In this document: positions 39,625 through 52,355 of the stretch, piece by piece
How the letters are laid out: every line of letters starts with the position of its first letter
How positions within the stretch are numbered: position 1 is the first letter of the stretch
DNA from: Hydrolagus affinis
Taxonomy: Eukaryota
Direction of reading: 5' to 3'
Assembly (NCBI GenBank): GCA_012026655.1
Contig: JAAILG010001139.1
Coordinates: forward strand, 1-64,000
Length of the DNA: 64,000 bases
The notes under the pieces: model-generated
Database searches by the model: none
The model's input: only the letters and a program-made list of their open reading frames with translations
Told to the model about the DNA's origin: nothing
Made by a program: the position numbers and the translations under genes

Positions 39625-42600
39625 CTGGAGTGAGGAGAGGAGCGTGCAGAGAAGCAGTAGTGAGAGACAGAGGTACATTTAAAGGAAAATGACACTGAAA
39701 AGCAAAGTGAAGAACCACAATAGGAAAAATGCAAATGCATAAGCTAAACTCGTACGAATTGAATACCCACTTCCTGGACAATAAATCCTCTTTAAAAACA
39801 TGGGTTACTACACCAGATCATTGCCAGGAAATCCAAACCTGGTCAATTGGGAGTCGGATAAAGAAAAATCACCAAGAAAGAAAGACCAGGCAGACACTCT
39901 CCATAGGGAAACTCCAGGAGGTCTCCCGAGAGTAGAATTATTCATCTTGTGAGAATATCAATAGAGCAGGATTAGGCAGAAGCTTGGGAACATGTCTCTG
40001 CGTCCTATCAGCTATAGGTACCCCAATGCACTGACTGAGTGAGTCCAGGTTTCTGGGGTATTATTTGTCCATTAGTTTTTTCAATACCTTCACTGTGCCT
40101 TGTTAAACCAAGGATCAACTTTGTTCCTGTATTCCAAAAAGCACAGGTCTGGTTCATTTTGGTCTTCTCCTTAATGAACGTCATTTTGGGGCAGATTAGG
40201 TGATGATGCAGCAGCAGGTATGGGAGCGAGGGCACTAGTTTTGTTGGTGGGTTAGTGAGTGTGTATGTGTATGCATGCATGTGTAACTGTTCAAAATCAC
40301 AGCATTTGTTCTTCATCCAGGTTGAATAAATGTGACTGTGTTTGGGAGATACATACAAGGAAAAGATACACAGAGGTTAAAACTGTTCAAAACAAAAATG
40401 ACAAACATGGCAAAATAAAAGTGGTGAAGAGTGAGGATGTTGAATGAAATACAATTCAGTGCAGTATAAATACAGCATTAGTCCACACACAAAGAAACAC
40501 ACTCACCATAAACACATTGTGGTTTTTTTTTATTTCTAATAAAATGACAATCATTTGGGGGAACGACCAAGGCAGGCACCGGGGGAGTCAGTGGCTCTTC
40601 AAGCTTCGAGCAGCAGCAGGCTCACTACCTACCAAGCCTTCCCTCCCACCATTGCTAGGGCAAACTGTGTGCTTTGATGTGGGCAACTGACCGTGAATTT
40701 GTGGTGTGTTAGGGTTGAGAAGATGCATTGAAGTGAGGATTAAAAGGATCAATTCTCAGTAAGTTACCGAGAAATGGGCCTTGGAAATGGAATATCTAAG
40801 GCTGTTGGAAGAATTCAAGTGCTTGTGATAATGTCAAGAAGACATCTAATATCGAATCTGGAAGCATGATTTATACCTTTCATTTAATAGTAATTTTTTT
40901 TTAAAGATGAGGATGTTTTGGAGAAATTCTGTATCACAAGGTAAACAACAGAGGCTTTATTAACCAAGGGCTGGAGCATCAATAATGAAAATTATTCACA
41001 ATGAACAATTACCATTTTCTACCAACAGCTTTAAACAAACACAAACAGAATGGAGGACAAGACAGGATGACTTTGCACATATGGACAATACGAACATAGA
41101 TATATATATATATTTAAAAACTTATTTATAAACACATACAGCAATCTCAGACACATGCAATGTTTAATGTTCCGATGGTATTGAGGACATTTTGCTTGCT
41201 TACTTTGATTGACCACACAGAGAAACAGGTTGAATTGATGGGGTAAGAGGTAACACAGGGAACCAACTAGTCAATTGTAAATCCAGATCAATCAATTAAC
41301 TGTAAATCTGAATTTGTACTCAAGAAGTTGGCATCAGGATTTGGTTTGGTGAAGCTGTATCATTAGTAATTATTCCATCAAACGAGATCATAAGATCACA
41401 TGGTTATAGGAACCAGAATAAGAGTTAAATGGTTAGATTAGTTTGGGTTTGAAACATCCCATCGAAAACAGATATCAAGAATAGAGATAATAAAAACCAG
41501 AGACTTACAGATTCTTAACATTCAAACAAAAGAAACTGAGCAAAAAGGATCTCTTAAGGATGAATAGAACTTTGGTTCTATTCATTCTTGTCACAGTACA
41601 TTGTCATGTTCTAGTGACTATTTAGATTTGAGTTGGTGCACTAACCTCATGAACACTAAAACTATTCCACAGTTTGACAGGGATTATTTGGTGCATCAGT
41701 ACTTTATCTATACTGGCTCCCAGCTCGGGGGGCACTGTGGTTGTGATGCCGCTGGTACAGACTCGGATATTTAGGTGCATTTCCCAAATATTTTGCAATA
41801 CCGCTTGATGATTGTTAATTCACAAAGATTAAACTGGATTACGTTGGGAGAATTCAAGCAGTCAGTTTTCTAATTAGCAATGCAGGATCTTTTCCCCCCC
41901 CAAATGGGCCTATATTGAAAATAAATATGTTCATGGTTTCCACCACCCTAAACATTAACGTCCATATTTGACCTCACCCACAGATGTGTTTTAACAAGAT
42001 TCTATACCATTTTCTGTTGTTTCCAATTTCAACATCTTCATTTCCTAAGAGGAGCCACAGCCCACCATGCAAGGAAAATGGATAGTCTGGACTGTACAAG
42101 CACTATCATTGATGTTTCAATGATCAAAGGTGTAATAGCAGAGGTTGAAACAGTGCATTTTGGATTCAGCATCTTGCAATGGGATGCTACTTTATGGCGT
42201 GGACTAGCTGGGAAAGTACAAACATTTGTTCCCTCATCTGTAGCTGTTGGGTCCCCAACTCTAGGGTCTTGCCAACCTGCACCTAATAGTTTCCAAAATT
42301 AGCTAAGCACGATGCATCCTTCCAGGGGGAAAGTACACATACCATTCCAACAATCTATCTCTGGAAGTTCCATGTGTAGGTGGGATGCATGGTATTCTCA
42401 TCTTGCTTTAAACCTGTCACCCTACTTTTAAGCATAGTGATGAGTTTTCACATTTGTCAGGCACCCGGCTAACCAAAGATAAAGGAGCTGTGGATATCTC
42501 AATACTAGATTTCAAAGAGATCGTCTCTCTATTGAAGGGCAGGTCTTGAAAACTATGGCTGAGACAGTATGGTCACCAAAAGAGATACTGCATGAGCTGC

Positions 42601-44507
42601 AATGTTATTCAGTAAATGGAGAAGTGGCAGGATATAAAGAGACAACAGCTACTGAAAGGAAAGGTGAGACGGTTAAAACTACATAGCCTATTTCATGCTG
42701 TTTTTAGTCCACAACTGTTTTAGAGGCAGGTAAAGCCATATCTCTCTTTCTCAGCCACTGCGGTTATAGGCAAGGCCCTTTCACGGGAGGGTGTCCAGTC
42801 AAGGCCTGCAGCTTAATCTGCATTTGTGTCTGCTTGCAGTATAACATAGGGAAATAACTGGGGGCTATTGGGTTTGGTGGGGTGGGGGAGGAGGAAGAGA
42901 TTTAGTGCAGACAGAAGCAGCGGATTGGAAGATGAAAATCAGGGACCATCAAAAGAAATGTTAGGTACAGAATGAATCAACATGCACAAAAGTCAAAGCA
43001 CAGGCAACACAGAGTAAAATGCCAGAACCAGTCCAGCCTCACCACAAGCAAAATACCCTATTGAGAGGGTGGACTTTAAGTAAGCAGAAAGCCTAATGTA
43101 GTACAAGCTGTCATAGACCAATGATGAGAAAGAGCAAAAATTGTGTGGTCTGCGTTAAATGACTAACAGTAAAACTAATGATAATGCAATACATTAAAAA
43201 AACTCTTTCTTGTTCAGCTCACTCATTGTAATTTTTGCTAGTGATGATCTTGCCCTTCATTACATATATGCCCAAATCTATCACATACAATTAAAATTAA
43301 CGCAACTGAATGGCGCTCCATTCAACTCCATACTGAATTACATTTTATTTCCCATGGGATATTAAATTGTTGATATTGGCAAGACTGCCACTGTTTTCCT
43401 TCCCCAGGCAAAAAGGAATAAACTGAATTTCTTGGGATTTATGCCCAAATTCTCAGACAATTCGTATCTTGTGTTAGGTGAATGATGTGTTTGTGTTTAT
43501 TACATGAAGCAAATGTAACTTTCTTCACACAAATCGGTGCCCCCGATTATCATTACAGATACGCTCCCTCTATCCTGCGCAAATAACATTCTCAATCCTA
43601 TTCTGAGAAAAGTTGTCTTTAACTACAAGATTTCCATGTCCCATACCACTAACTCCTATACAATCCTATGGGAAACTTAGGGCCAATGAATTGAATTATT
43701 ATGGACATTTCACACTGTAAAGTGCTTAGATCTTGCCTTCTAAATGTTTGCAATTGAATACAAGATTTATTTTACTATTACAATTTTGATTTACATTTTT
43801 CATTGCTGGATTAATGAAATGCTCAATTTTTAAAGAGCTAATGGCCTTAACATTGTTTTTTCTTACATTTTTAAAGACAGTAGATTAAAATTAGACCAAT
43901 GATGCAAAAATAGATTAGAATTCATTCTCATAAATAGTTCTCGAGTATTGTAGAACAGGAACAACAGTTTCCTCCTGTCTCTACATTCCTTTAAGAAGAC
44001 AAAGGGTGGGTATCTCACCACAGAGCATATTTAAGCAATGAGCTGATTTGAGAGTTGCACAATAGACCTACACAGTTTCCAAAGCAGCTGCCTTTTCGAT
44101 GTCAATCGGATTGCACATGGTTAGAAGTACACTCATGAATCGAAAGACAGAATCAACAAAGATTGAAGCACAGACTTAGATGGATGAAGACACTGCTACT
44201 ACACAGAATAGCCTATTTTCCCCAATTTCAAACTTTCTGGTCAACATTATTTGGGGCAACATGCACTCGGTGATTGTAAAGCATGCAGATCTATTTGTAT
44301 AAAAATTGCATGAAGACAAAATTCTTCCCACCAAGTGCTTCCACTCATGCCAGCCAGGCCCTCGATTTGTCCAATGACAGCACCTTGACCTGGTAACAAT
44401 AACATGCTCATAGTCATGGGTTCTTTTACCACATGCTCTGTGACAATAAAACTCATGGCTTTTGACCAGCACCAGTTTGGGGGTAAAACAAGTTTCTCAG
44501 GCAATGG

Positions 44508-44892
44508 TAATAATAATAATAATCCTTGCATTTGATATAATGCTTTATCACATATTCGAGATGTCTCAAAGCGCCTTGCAGAATATATTATAAAATGAAT
44601 TGACTTTTATATTTTGTGAGGCGAAACACAGCAGCCAATCGTACACAGCAGTGTCCCACCAATAGTCATGGATTGATTGACCAAATCATTTATTTTTTTG
44701 AAGGGATTATTACCCCTAGAAAATCGATCTGCCAATCGACTAACAACTGGGTTCCTACTTACTGCTAGGAAAACAGAGGTGCGTGGAGAAACTTGCCTAA
44801 GATTTTTGCTGGGAATCAAACCCGGGTTCTCTCGCTTGCAAGTCAAGAGTAAAAACCAGAGGACTACAGGATAGGGTACAGCTTCAGGACTC
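44508..44892 (-). mobile_element. tRNA-derived SINE, long variant
   Basis: Reverse-complement match to 15300-15655, including the central segment. Confidence 0.88.
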
Positions 44893-47109
44893 CACAGTGC
44901 TTATGGTTCCTTTAATATGGTTCCATAATAAAGGAGGTCTCAAGTTTTCCCACAAAAAACAAACATTTTTTGCAAACACTGTATACATTTGTCAGTGTGT
45001 GAAACCTAAAAGTTGGTTATTGCAGACAGAGCCACCTTTCCCAGGCTAGGGTACAAGGGAGTGGAATGGGGGAGAGTGGGGGCAGGGAGTGGGGGAAGAG
45101 GGAGGAGAGAAGGATGGACATCTAGCTTTGAATTACCTGGCAAAAAAAGTTTTTTAATTTTTTTTTAAATGTAGTGCTCTATGGTTACAAGGTTCAATGC
45201 AATGGGAATGTTGGTAGCATCATGGTTTGGGATCTTAGTTCGAGAGGAGATGGAAGGGGAAAGTGTAAAGTAAAGTAATAGATAGGTTATTATCAATGAT
45301 TACATGCAATGGAGCTATTTGGTAGCATGGAGCAAAAAGCTGCCAACAGGGTTGAATGGAGGGAGAGGATGGAAGGTTAATTCCCCATTTCCATAGGAGC
45401 AATTCCCAACATGCTGAGCATGCAGTCAGTCATCCAGCCAGTCAAGGAGGCTTCCAGCGGAAAAAAGGTTAGTTTGTTTTGGTTTAGAAAATGAACAGCC
45501 CATTGCAGATGGGGTATTTCCCTATGTCACAACCAGACAAGCAATTTACCTGACAGGCCTCTCTTTTTGTTTCAGCTGTCCTCACGGAGACAGAATCTTC
45601 CAGAACAAATTAATTGCGCGGGATTCTATTTGCCCACGTGTCAGACCTTGTATCCCTTACTCATGTTCAAGCCAAAAAACGAGGTCCATGCAATACATAT
45701 CTAAAGATATATTCTTTCCCTAAAGTTTTACCACCTTTCCAAATCCGATTCTCTCTCATTTCCCAGCTGGAGACACTCACCAGCTATAACATTCCTTCAG
45801 CCTTGATAAAACTCAAAGAATTTGCTGTGTCGGTGATATCAAATTGAAGTGAGCACCTCCTAGTGATTCAAGTAGAAGCATACAGATTAACAAGCTACTG
45901 CAGCACTTTCGTATCATGGGTTTAAATCGGTTAACTGGGCATTAAACAGTAAAAGTATGTTATCTCGAACCCATCGGTTTTCTTTTCAATGGACAACTTA
46001 GTCCTGCTGCAGAACTCAGCCTGAAATTGTAATTAACAGCTGCAGACATTCAATGTGAAGCACGGGTTAACGGAGACAGACACTCGGGTCTCATTGGAGA
46101 TTTTCGCGTTACTCTTGTTTTAGGAAGGAGGAGGGATTGGATTATAGACACCTAGATTCATACATGCAGTACACAAGGAAGCCATTTAGCCCATCATGCC
46201 TATGCCAGCTCTTTGAAAGAATTACCAACTAGTCCCATTCTTAACTCATAGCCTGCAATTTTTTCCTTTCAAGTACCAATCCAATTCCCTTTTGAAAGCT
46301 ACTATCAAATCTGCTTCCTTTGTCATTTCAAGCAGTGCATTCCAGTTGTAATAACTCTGTTTTATTTAATGGTTTATATTTGTAACAAGTAGTTATAGAA
46401 AGGAGAATTTTATACCCTCTTTTCCTATAATTGCAGTAATATCCTCTGAGAGTTACAGATAAATTTTGCTAGTCTGACACTGATGCTGTCTATTTAACGG
46501 GGCTTCTACACAATCAAATTGAGATAGTCTGGCTGGAAGTAATAGGATTTGCGTTTTACAGTAACTGCCTCAGTGCTTGATCCAACAGGGCAACACAGAA
46601 AGACTGGAACAGGAGCTAATTGTCCGTTTCAAATGTCATTTTTAGTTTATTTCAGAGAAATACGTGCTGGTATATACAGAGAAATTTCACATCAAAGCAG
46701 CTAAAGCACAAAATAATACAGGAACCGAATAAATAAACTCTGCCTTTCACCAAACAAACAATCTCCCACACCAAGTGTGACTTTAGACACTATTCTCCAT
46801 CAAATGTCACGTGTCCACCCATCATCTCTATTCAAATCAACTATAAACATATTATCAAGTCACTGCCTAACACAACAGTTCGGCGTTTGGCCAAAGGTCC
46901 ACACAGCTCAGTCTTTCTAACATCTAGCCATTGTCCCAAACATCTAATACAGGGCATTTATATACAGCACATGTGCTTTAACCCCTGATGGACAACACAT
47001 CCTACTGATAATTTGTTTTTATCTAGTCTTATTTTGCAAACTTGTGAACTGTCCTGCGTAAAAGTTTTATTTATTTTTCTTCTCTTCTTTCCCATTAAAC
47101 TAACAGAAG

Positions 47110-47490
47110 CAGATTGCCCCAAGATGTCCCAATGGGTAAAATGCACTGCACACTGTTGCACATTACTCAGCTATGAGAGACTTTATCTGTGTGTCAGTCC
47201 CCAGTCTGTGCTGAGAGGCAGTACAAAAAGCTACAATTGGCCCCAGCATTATTTGGCTGGGGTGGCAAGAAAGCAAAAAAAAATCAGCTACGGTTCTACT
47301 TATCACTATGCAATAAGCTCCACGGCAAGTGCTTGTTTGTGGCACAGATAAAGTGGGATCAAGCATTGTCTCGATGACCCAAATGGCTGAATAGCCCAAA
47401 GACACTCACTACCTAGGCTCACACATGAAAAATAGTGACTTGTGGCAAGGTATCAGAGCATTGCTGGCACCTGCGGAACCATATCACAAC
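47110..47490 (+). mobile_element. Ancient SINE-like relic (tentatively AmnSINE2-like); related pieces at about 16540-16740 plus and 19830-19990 minus
   Basis: Shared CCCCAGTCTGTGCTGAG...GCTACAATTGGCC...AAAATCAGC motif; the family name is from recall only. Confidence 0.4.
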
Positions 47491-48937
47491 ATGAAATTGG
47501 CATTTTGGGAGGAGGGGAGGGAGAAGGGAGTGGATTGGGATAGAAAGCAAAAATGGAAGAGTGAGAAAGTAATGTCGAAATCCATCCCATACAGATTTAC
47601 ATCTTACAGATTTACAAATACCAAACTGTTTTTAAAGACAAACTTTCTTTGCTTGAATCTCTTCATCCCATCCTGATTAATTTCCAGTTTAGCTAGCATT
47701 AAATACCCCACCCATCTCCATTAAATGGTTCATAAAATAGTCTTATGCATTATCATTATTTTTCCTCCTCTTCTGAAGGAATGCTTGTGCTATTATTAAT
47801 AAATCATTGCAATTGATACAGCACCTTTCATGTCAGGAGAATGTCTCACAATGCTTGACAGGATTCACTGTAGAGTGAAGTGAATGTATTTTGTAGATAA
47901 ATTATTAAGGAATCACTCTTTGCTCTTTGCTACTGGAAGCAATTTTATTATAGCATCCTGATGTTGTGTAGTCTGTTATCGACTAATTAATTTTCATCTC
48001 ACCTAAAAATCTTAGCACTTACCCTGGAATCTGATCCACACTAGGCGAAATCCACGTTAAAGTACCACAGTTCTCAGGAAGCTAGGTTGTGTTTTGGAAA
48101 TCCCGATCCAGTTAAAATAATTTGTTCAACCAGCAGAGTGTTCCTGAGAATTAGACTCCAATTTTTGCCTGTGGTTTAATTATTTGAAAAATGGAGACTG
48201 AGGATGGATAAGGCACAGAAAAGGACAGGGGAGGGATCGAAAAGGCATCTTCCAGGAGTTGCCAAAACATGATCTGGTGATTACTGCATGCAAGGGCTGG
48301 TGATTGTGGATTATTAAAGCCTTGTTGGTGACGGATGTGTGTGATTGTTTTAAGTGAGATCCGCAATGTCCCAAATCTGCAGGATTTGTAAGAATCTGCA
48401 AAGCAGCCACCTTGGACTTTGGTAAGATTTCAGCTTTTTAACTGCAGCGCCTTGGGAAGTCCTCCCGACGTGAAAGGCGCTTTATAAGTTTAAATTGTTG
48501 TTGTTGTTGAGATGCTGTTTATTGCCACTGAGCTTCACTTCATTAAATCTTCCCCATTCTATTCACAATCAGAAGTAGGAGGAATAGGCTATCCAATATG
48601 TCAATAGTCTTTGTTAAATCCATCTCCCTACTTTTTCTGCACATCCCTCTATACATTTAACTTCCAAGCATCTACCTATCTATCTTCCTTTAAATATCCT
48701 AATCTATTCTGCAGACAGTGGCCCGCTGACTACAACAACTGGATGTATTGCTGTGTTCAAGTTAAACTGTGTTCTGTGAGCATTCCCCATAGTCTGACAG
48801 CAAACCACTTAGTTTCAACTTGCACCTTTGCTTGTACAAAGAAAAACTTTTTTTTAATCCAGTATTTTACAATTCTTTCTAAATGAACTCAAAGATGTAG
48901 AAGCTGACTCCTTATACAGAAATAAACCTTTTAGCAT

Positions 48938-48943
48938 TTTATT
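48938..48943 (-). terminator. candidate polyadenylation signal (AATAAA) of the short LDB3 isoform
   Basis: First AATAAA seen on the minus strand after the exon 9 stop (about 220 nt downstream); another at 48518-48523. Usage is not shown by sequence. Confidence 0.35.
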
Positions 48944-49159
48944 GGCTGAGTACATTGGGAAGACCCGTGCTGCTAAGCACCAGTACATTGTAACAGAGGA
49001 GGGATACAAGGCTAAGGACCAAAGACACTCAACAACCACTTGATTTAACTTGTTATCTATTTGTTCTTACACTAATTTTGTTTAGCAACTGTGACAGTAA
49101 CAATGCTCTTTTAGTTTGATTAGTCACCGTCTTGAATTGTCTTATTGCACGTGGGCATT

Positions 49160-49256
49160 TTACCCTTTAATGTTTAGGATCTGTGCAGACAGACCATGAT
49201 GCCAATTGCGCAATTTGGCAAATCGTGGACCTTTTACTTCATGTTCAAACTTTTCC
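49160..49256 (-). CDS. LDB3: LDB3 exon 9, terminal coding exon of the short (LIM-less) isoform
   Basis: tctctacgccacag|G GAA AAG TTT...AAA GGG TAA; REKFEHEVKGPRFAKLRNWHHGLSAQILNIKG* vs mammalian RERFETERNSPRFAKLRNWHHGLSAQILNVKS*. Confidence 0.96.
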
Positions 49257-49909
49257 CTGTGGCGTAGAGAAAGAGAGAAAAGAGAGGAGGAGAAAGAATA
49301 AGGGATTAGGGAATATGGCCATTCCCCTGCCTTATAAATGAAACAATTTACTCAGTCACATGCTTGTAGAAAACCCAATGGAACTGTGACTACAACAGCT
49401 AAAAGGAGGAAAATGCTTTGCGTGTTGGTTTGAGTTATTAAGGCCTTTAAAGTGGAAGCCTTTTTCACTTCAAAAGAACCCATTGGATTCAGTCTCAGGA
49501 ACACAGAATGAACCATGGAATCAAAGCATTCCCCAGTCACTGTTTATGTAATCTGGACAGACCATGTTCGCTGTGGCGAAAGCCATTCGGGTAACACTAC
49601 ATTACAGGACAACACAGATGCCTTACCATGGCCTATCAAAGTAGGCTCACACCCATTAATGGTACATACATAAGCATGAATTACACAATGTAATTGTACA
49701 CACATCCCTATGGCCCTAGATTTCTGCCCGACTTAGCTATGTGTGGTATTTGGTTGGTACAATTGATAGGTTTTTGTATATATTGAAAGCTGATTATTTC
49801 TCATTTTAATGACCAATTAAGTGTAATGTCCCACTGCCTTATGAGCAATAAAATGTTTGCTATATGTGTTAAGTAGGCCGAGTGACTGCTGCTGTCGCCA
49901 GGTGCCTAC

Positions 49910-49946
49910 CTTGATCTCTTCATGGCTTCCTCATCCGGATCTTGCA
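49910..49946 (-). CDS. LDB3: LDB3 exon 8 (LQDPDEEAMKRS)
   Basis: ccctcttgttgcag|TGCAAGATCCGGATGAGGAAGCCATGAAGAGATCAAG|gtaggc; 37 nt, phase 1-2; matches mammalian MQDPDEEALRRS. Confidence 0.96.
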
Positions 49947-52170
49947 CTGCAACAAGAGGGAAAATAGTTTAATACAACCAATGAGAAGGCTTCTTTACAT
50001 GCACAGGGCTCCAATTTAAACTGTGGATCTGATGGGACGTTTGCAGGATATTTGGGGATATTTTCTCTGCAAGCCTGAAATCTGCTCTCAGCCAAGCTGA
50101 ACCTCTGTACTGTGTCCATGTATTTAATGGAGAGTACAAAGCAAAGGGACTGAGCTGAATTTAGACTGATCTGGGGTTGAGAAGGATAGCTTTCTTTTCT
50201 ACACTCCCCATATCTAAAAATTTTCATGTGTAGTTGGGATGCGTTAAATTCTCAGTTTGAGTTGAATACTCTTAAGCATGGTGGTGGGTTCCTATATGCA
50301 TCGGACATCCGTCTGAATCATAAAATAACCAGGCAACAGTTAATCTCAGTCCCCTGGATTAAGGAGCAGAGGTGAGGGTTTGGAAGGAAGGAAAGAGGGA
50401 AGGGATTCCCACAGTGACCCTGTTCCCAAATATTGTCCAGCACCTCAGCAGGAAAGCATGTACTGTACATGAATGTTAGGCGTGGGTCATTACAAATTGT
50501 CATAGTTAACTGTCATCTACGTAAAGCACTTTGAGATAGTCCTCTGAACTGAATGCATTATATAAATGTAACTAGGATTGTTTGCTCATAAAAAAAATAG
50601 GTATTCTAACACATAATATTACTGACTTCCTGAGAGAAGGGAGACTCGAGTCTATGAGAGCCTATCATTCCTATGAAGTCTACATGGCTCTATATCAAAA
50701 ACGCTTGTAAAATGCGTAACTTCATTGTAAAGATCTCATGATGTACAACACATCCTGTTTTCACCTTTACGTCAATAGATAATCTATCATTTAAAATTTG
50801 ATAAAAATGCAGTCGCCCTGCTTTCACAACTGGTATGGATTAAAAAACAAAGACCTCAGGAATTTCAGTCTTGGGAATGATCAAATAATTTTTGATTGTT
50901 GCACTTTAAGAACTAGTAACAGCAGTTGATAACCAAATAACTTGGAGTCCTGAGAATGGCTAGAGGACATGGGAGTGCAGGGGGAAATAGGCAAAGGGAA
51001 TATTCAGTAATTATTGTTTAACATATACAGAATACCAACAAAATTCTGCAGTTGCTGTATTCTGACATTACAACACAGTCCAGATGCATCCCTTCCTGTA
51101 ATTTTAATTTACCTCCATCACTCCTCCACGATTTTGTATGTGAATGGCAATACTGTCTGCTCACCTGTCTGTTCACACACCTTCACCGCAGCAAAAACAA
51201 CACACTCCATCAGAATGAGAGCCCCAAAATGAACCATATGGAATCAAAGCATTCCCCAGATAATGTTTTGTAAATGTTATCTGGATCAGACCATATTCTC
51301 CATGGCAAAAAACATGTATGAATTAATAGTGATTTATTCCCCGCCCTGGTTTGTATGTTACCTGTTCATACCCCAAACATTGCATCACTGAGTAAGTAGA
51401 TAGACAGACTAAACCCCAAATATTTACCATGATGGTCTAAGCTATGACATATCAGGACACGTTACCAGGATAACAATGAAACTATTGGTAATGATCTATT
51501 GCAATATTCCCTGCCCCGCCCCGGAAAGGTCCATGATTTTGGTGACAAGCGTATATGGAATTCAGACTGATTTGGATTACCAAGATGATTGGTTTCTGAA
51601 TGTGTCAGGCACCCAAAACCGACCACAAAAATCACTCAAACATTAATGTCTTAGCACAATATGCAGATGTACAGAGGCATGGGAACCTGAGAAGATTGTA
51701 ATTCTAATATTCGTAAACACGGAAAGAGATTACATTTTTATAATTCTGTATCCAAACCACTACAATGTATTATTGCACCATTGCTTAAATTACCACAGCT
51801 GCACATAATCCAACACATCAAATATTTATACAGCATTATAGTCACCATTACATTTAATAACATTACATAGTCTTGTTGCATCCATGGTCAGGTACAGAGC
51901 AAAGCTTAGATTACTCTGATCACCAAGACATTGAGGATAGAGGCAATGTACAGCTCCCTCTATACAATGCCTCTATCATGCCCAACACAATGCCTTCAAT
52001 GCCAGCTTCAGAGGAGAACCTCCAAGCATTATAATTTTAAATATCAGCCATCCCAGTGTCATTATCCCATTAAACTCAGGTTGGGAGAGGTAAAGAGGCA
52101 GTTGGCTACTGTGCACCACTTACTCTGCATTCACACTGAAAAACTAGAATCAAAGGATTTCTATACTTAC

Positions 52171-52355
52171 AGTATTCCGTTCCTGTCAACTGGGCGAGGA
52201 TGCGGAAAGATTTAGACTGCAGGTTAGCAGCCCGGCGAGCCCACTCGTCCACCTCGTACTGGGGGCCCACCATCTCAGCCTTGTTAGTGTTACGAATGAC
52301 AGCCTGGTAGACTGGTGAGGCGCTGTCAACCATAGGATCTTTAACATGAAGGTTA
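52171..52355 (-). CDS. LDB3: LDB3 exon 7
   Basis: ctctctatttcag|TAACC...GAATACT|gtaagt; 185 nt, phase 2-1; [61 protein letters not shown]. Confidence 0.97.

Noticed and set aside
41509-41535. 27-nt phase-2 segment with GTAAGT donor
   Set aside because: U-rich, intron-like content; compatible with chance
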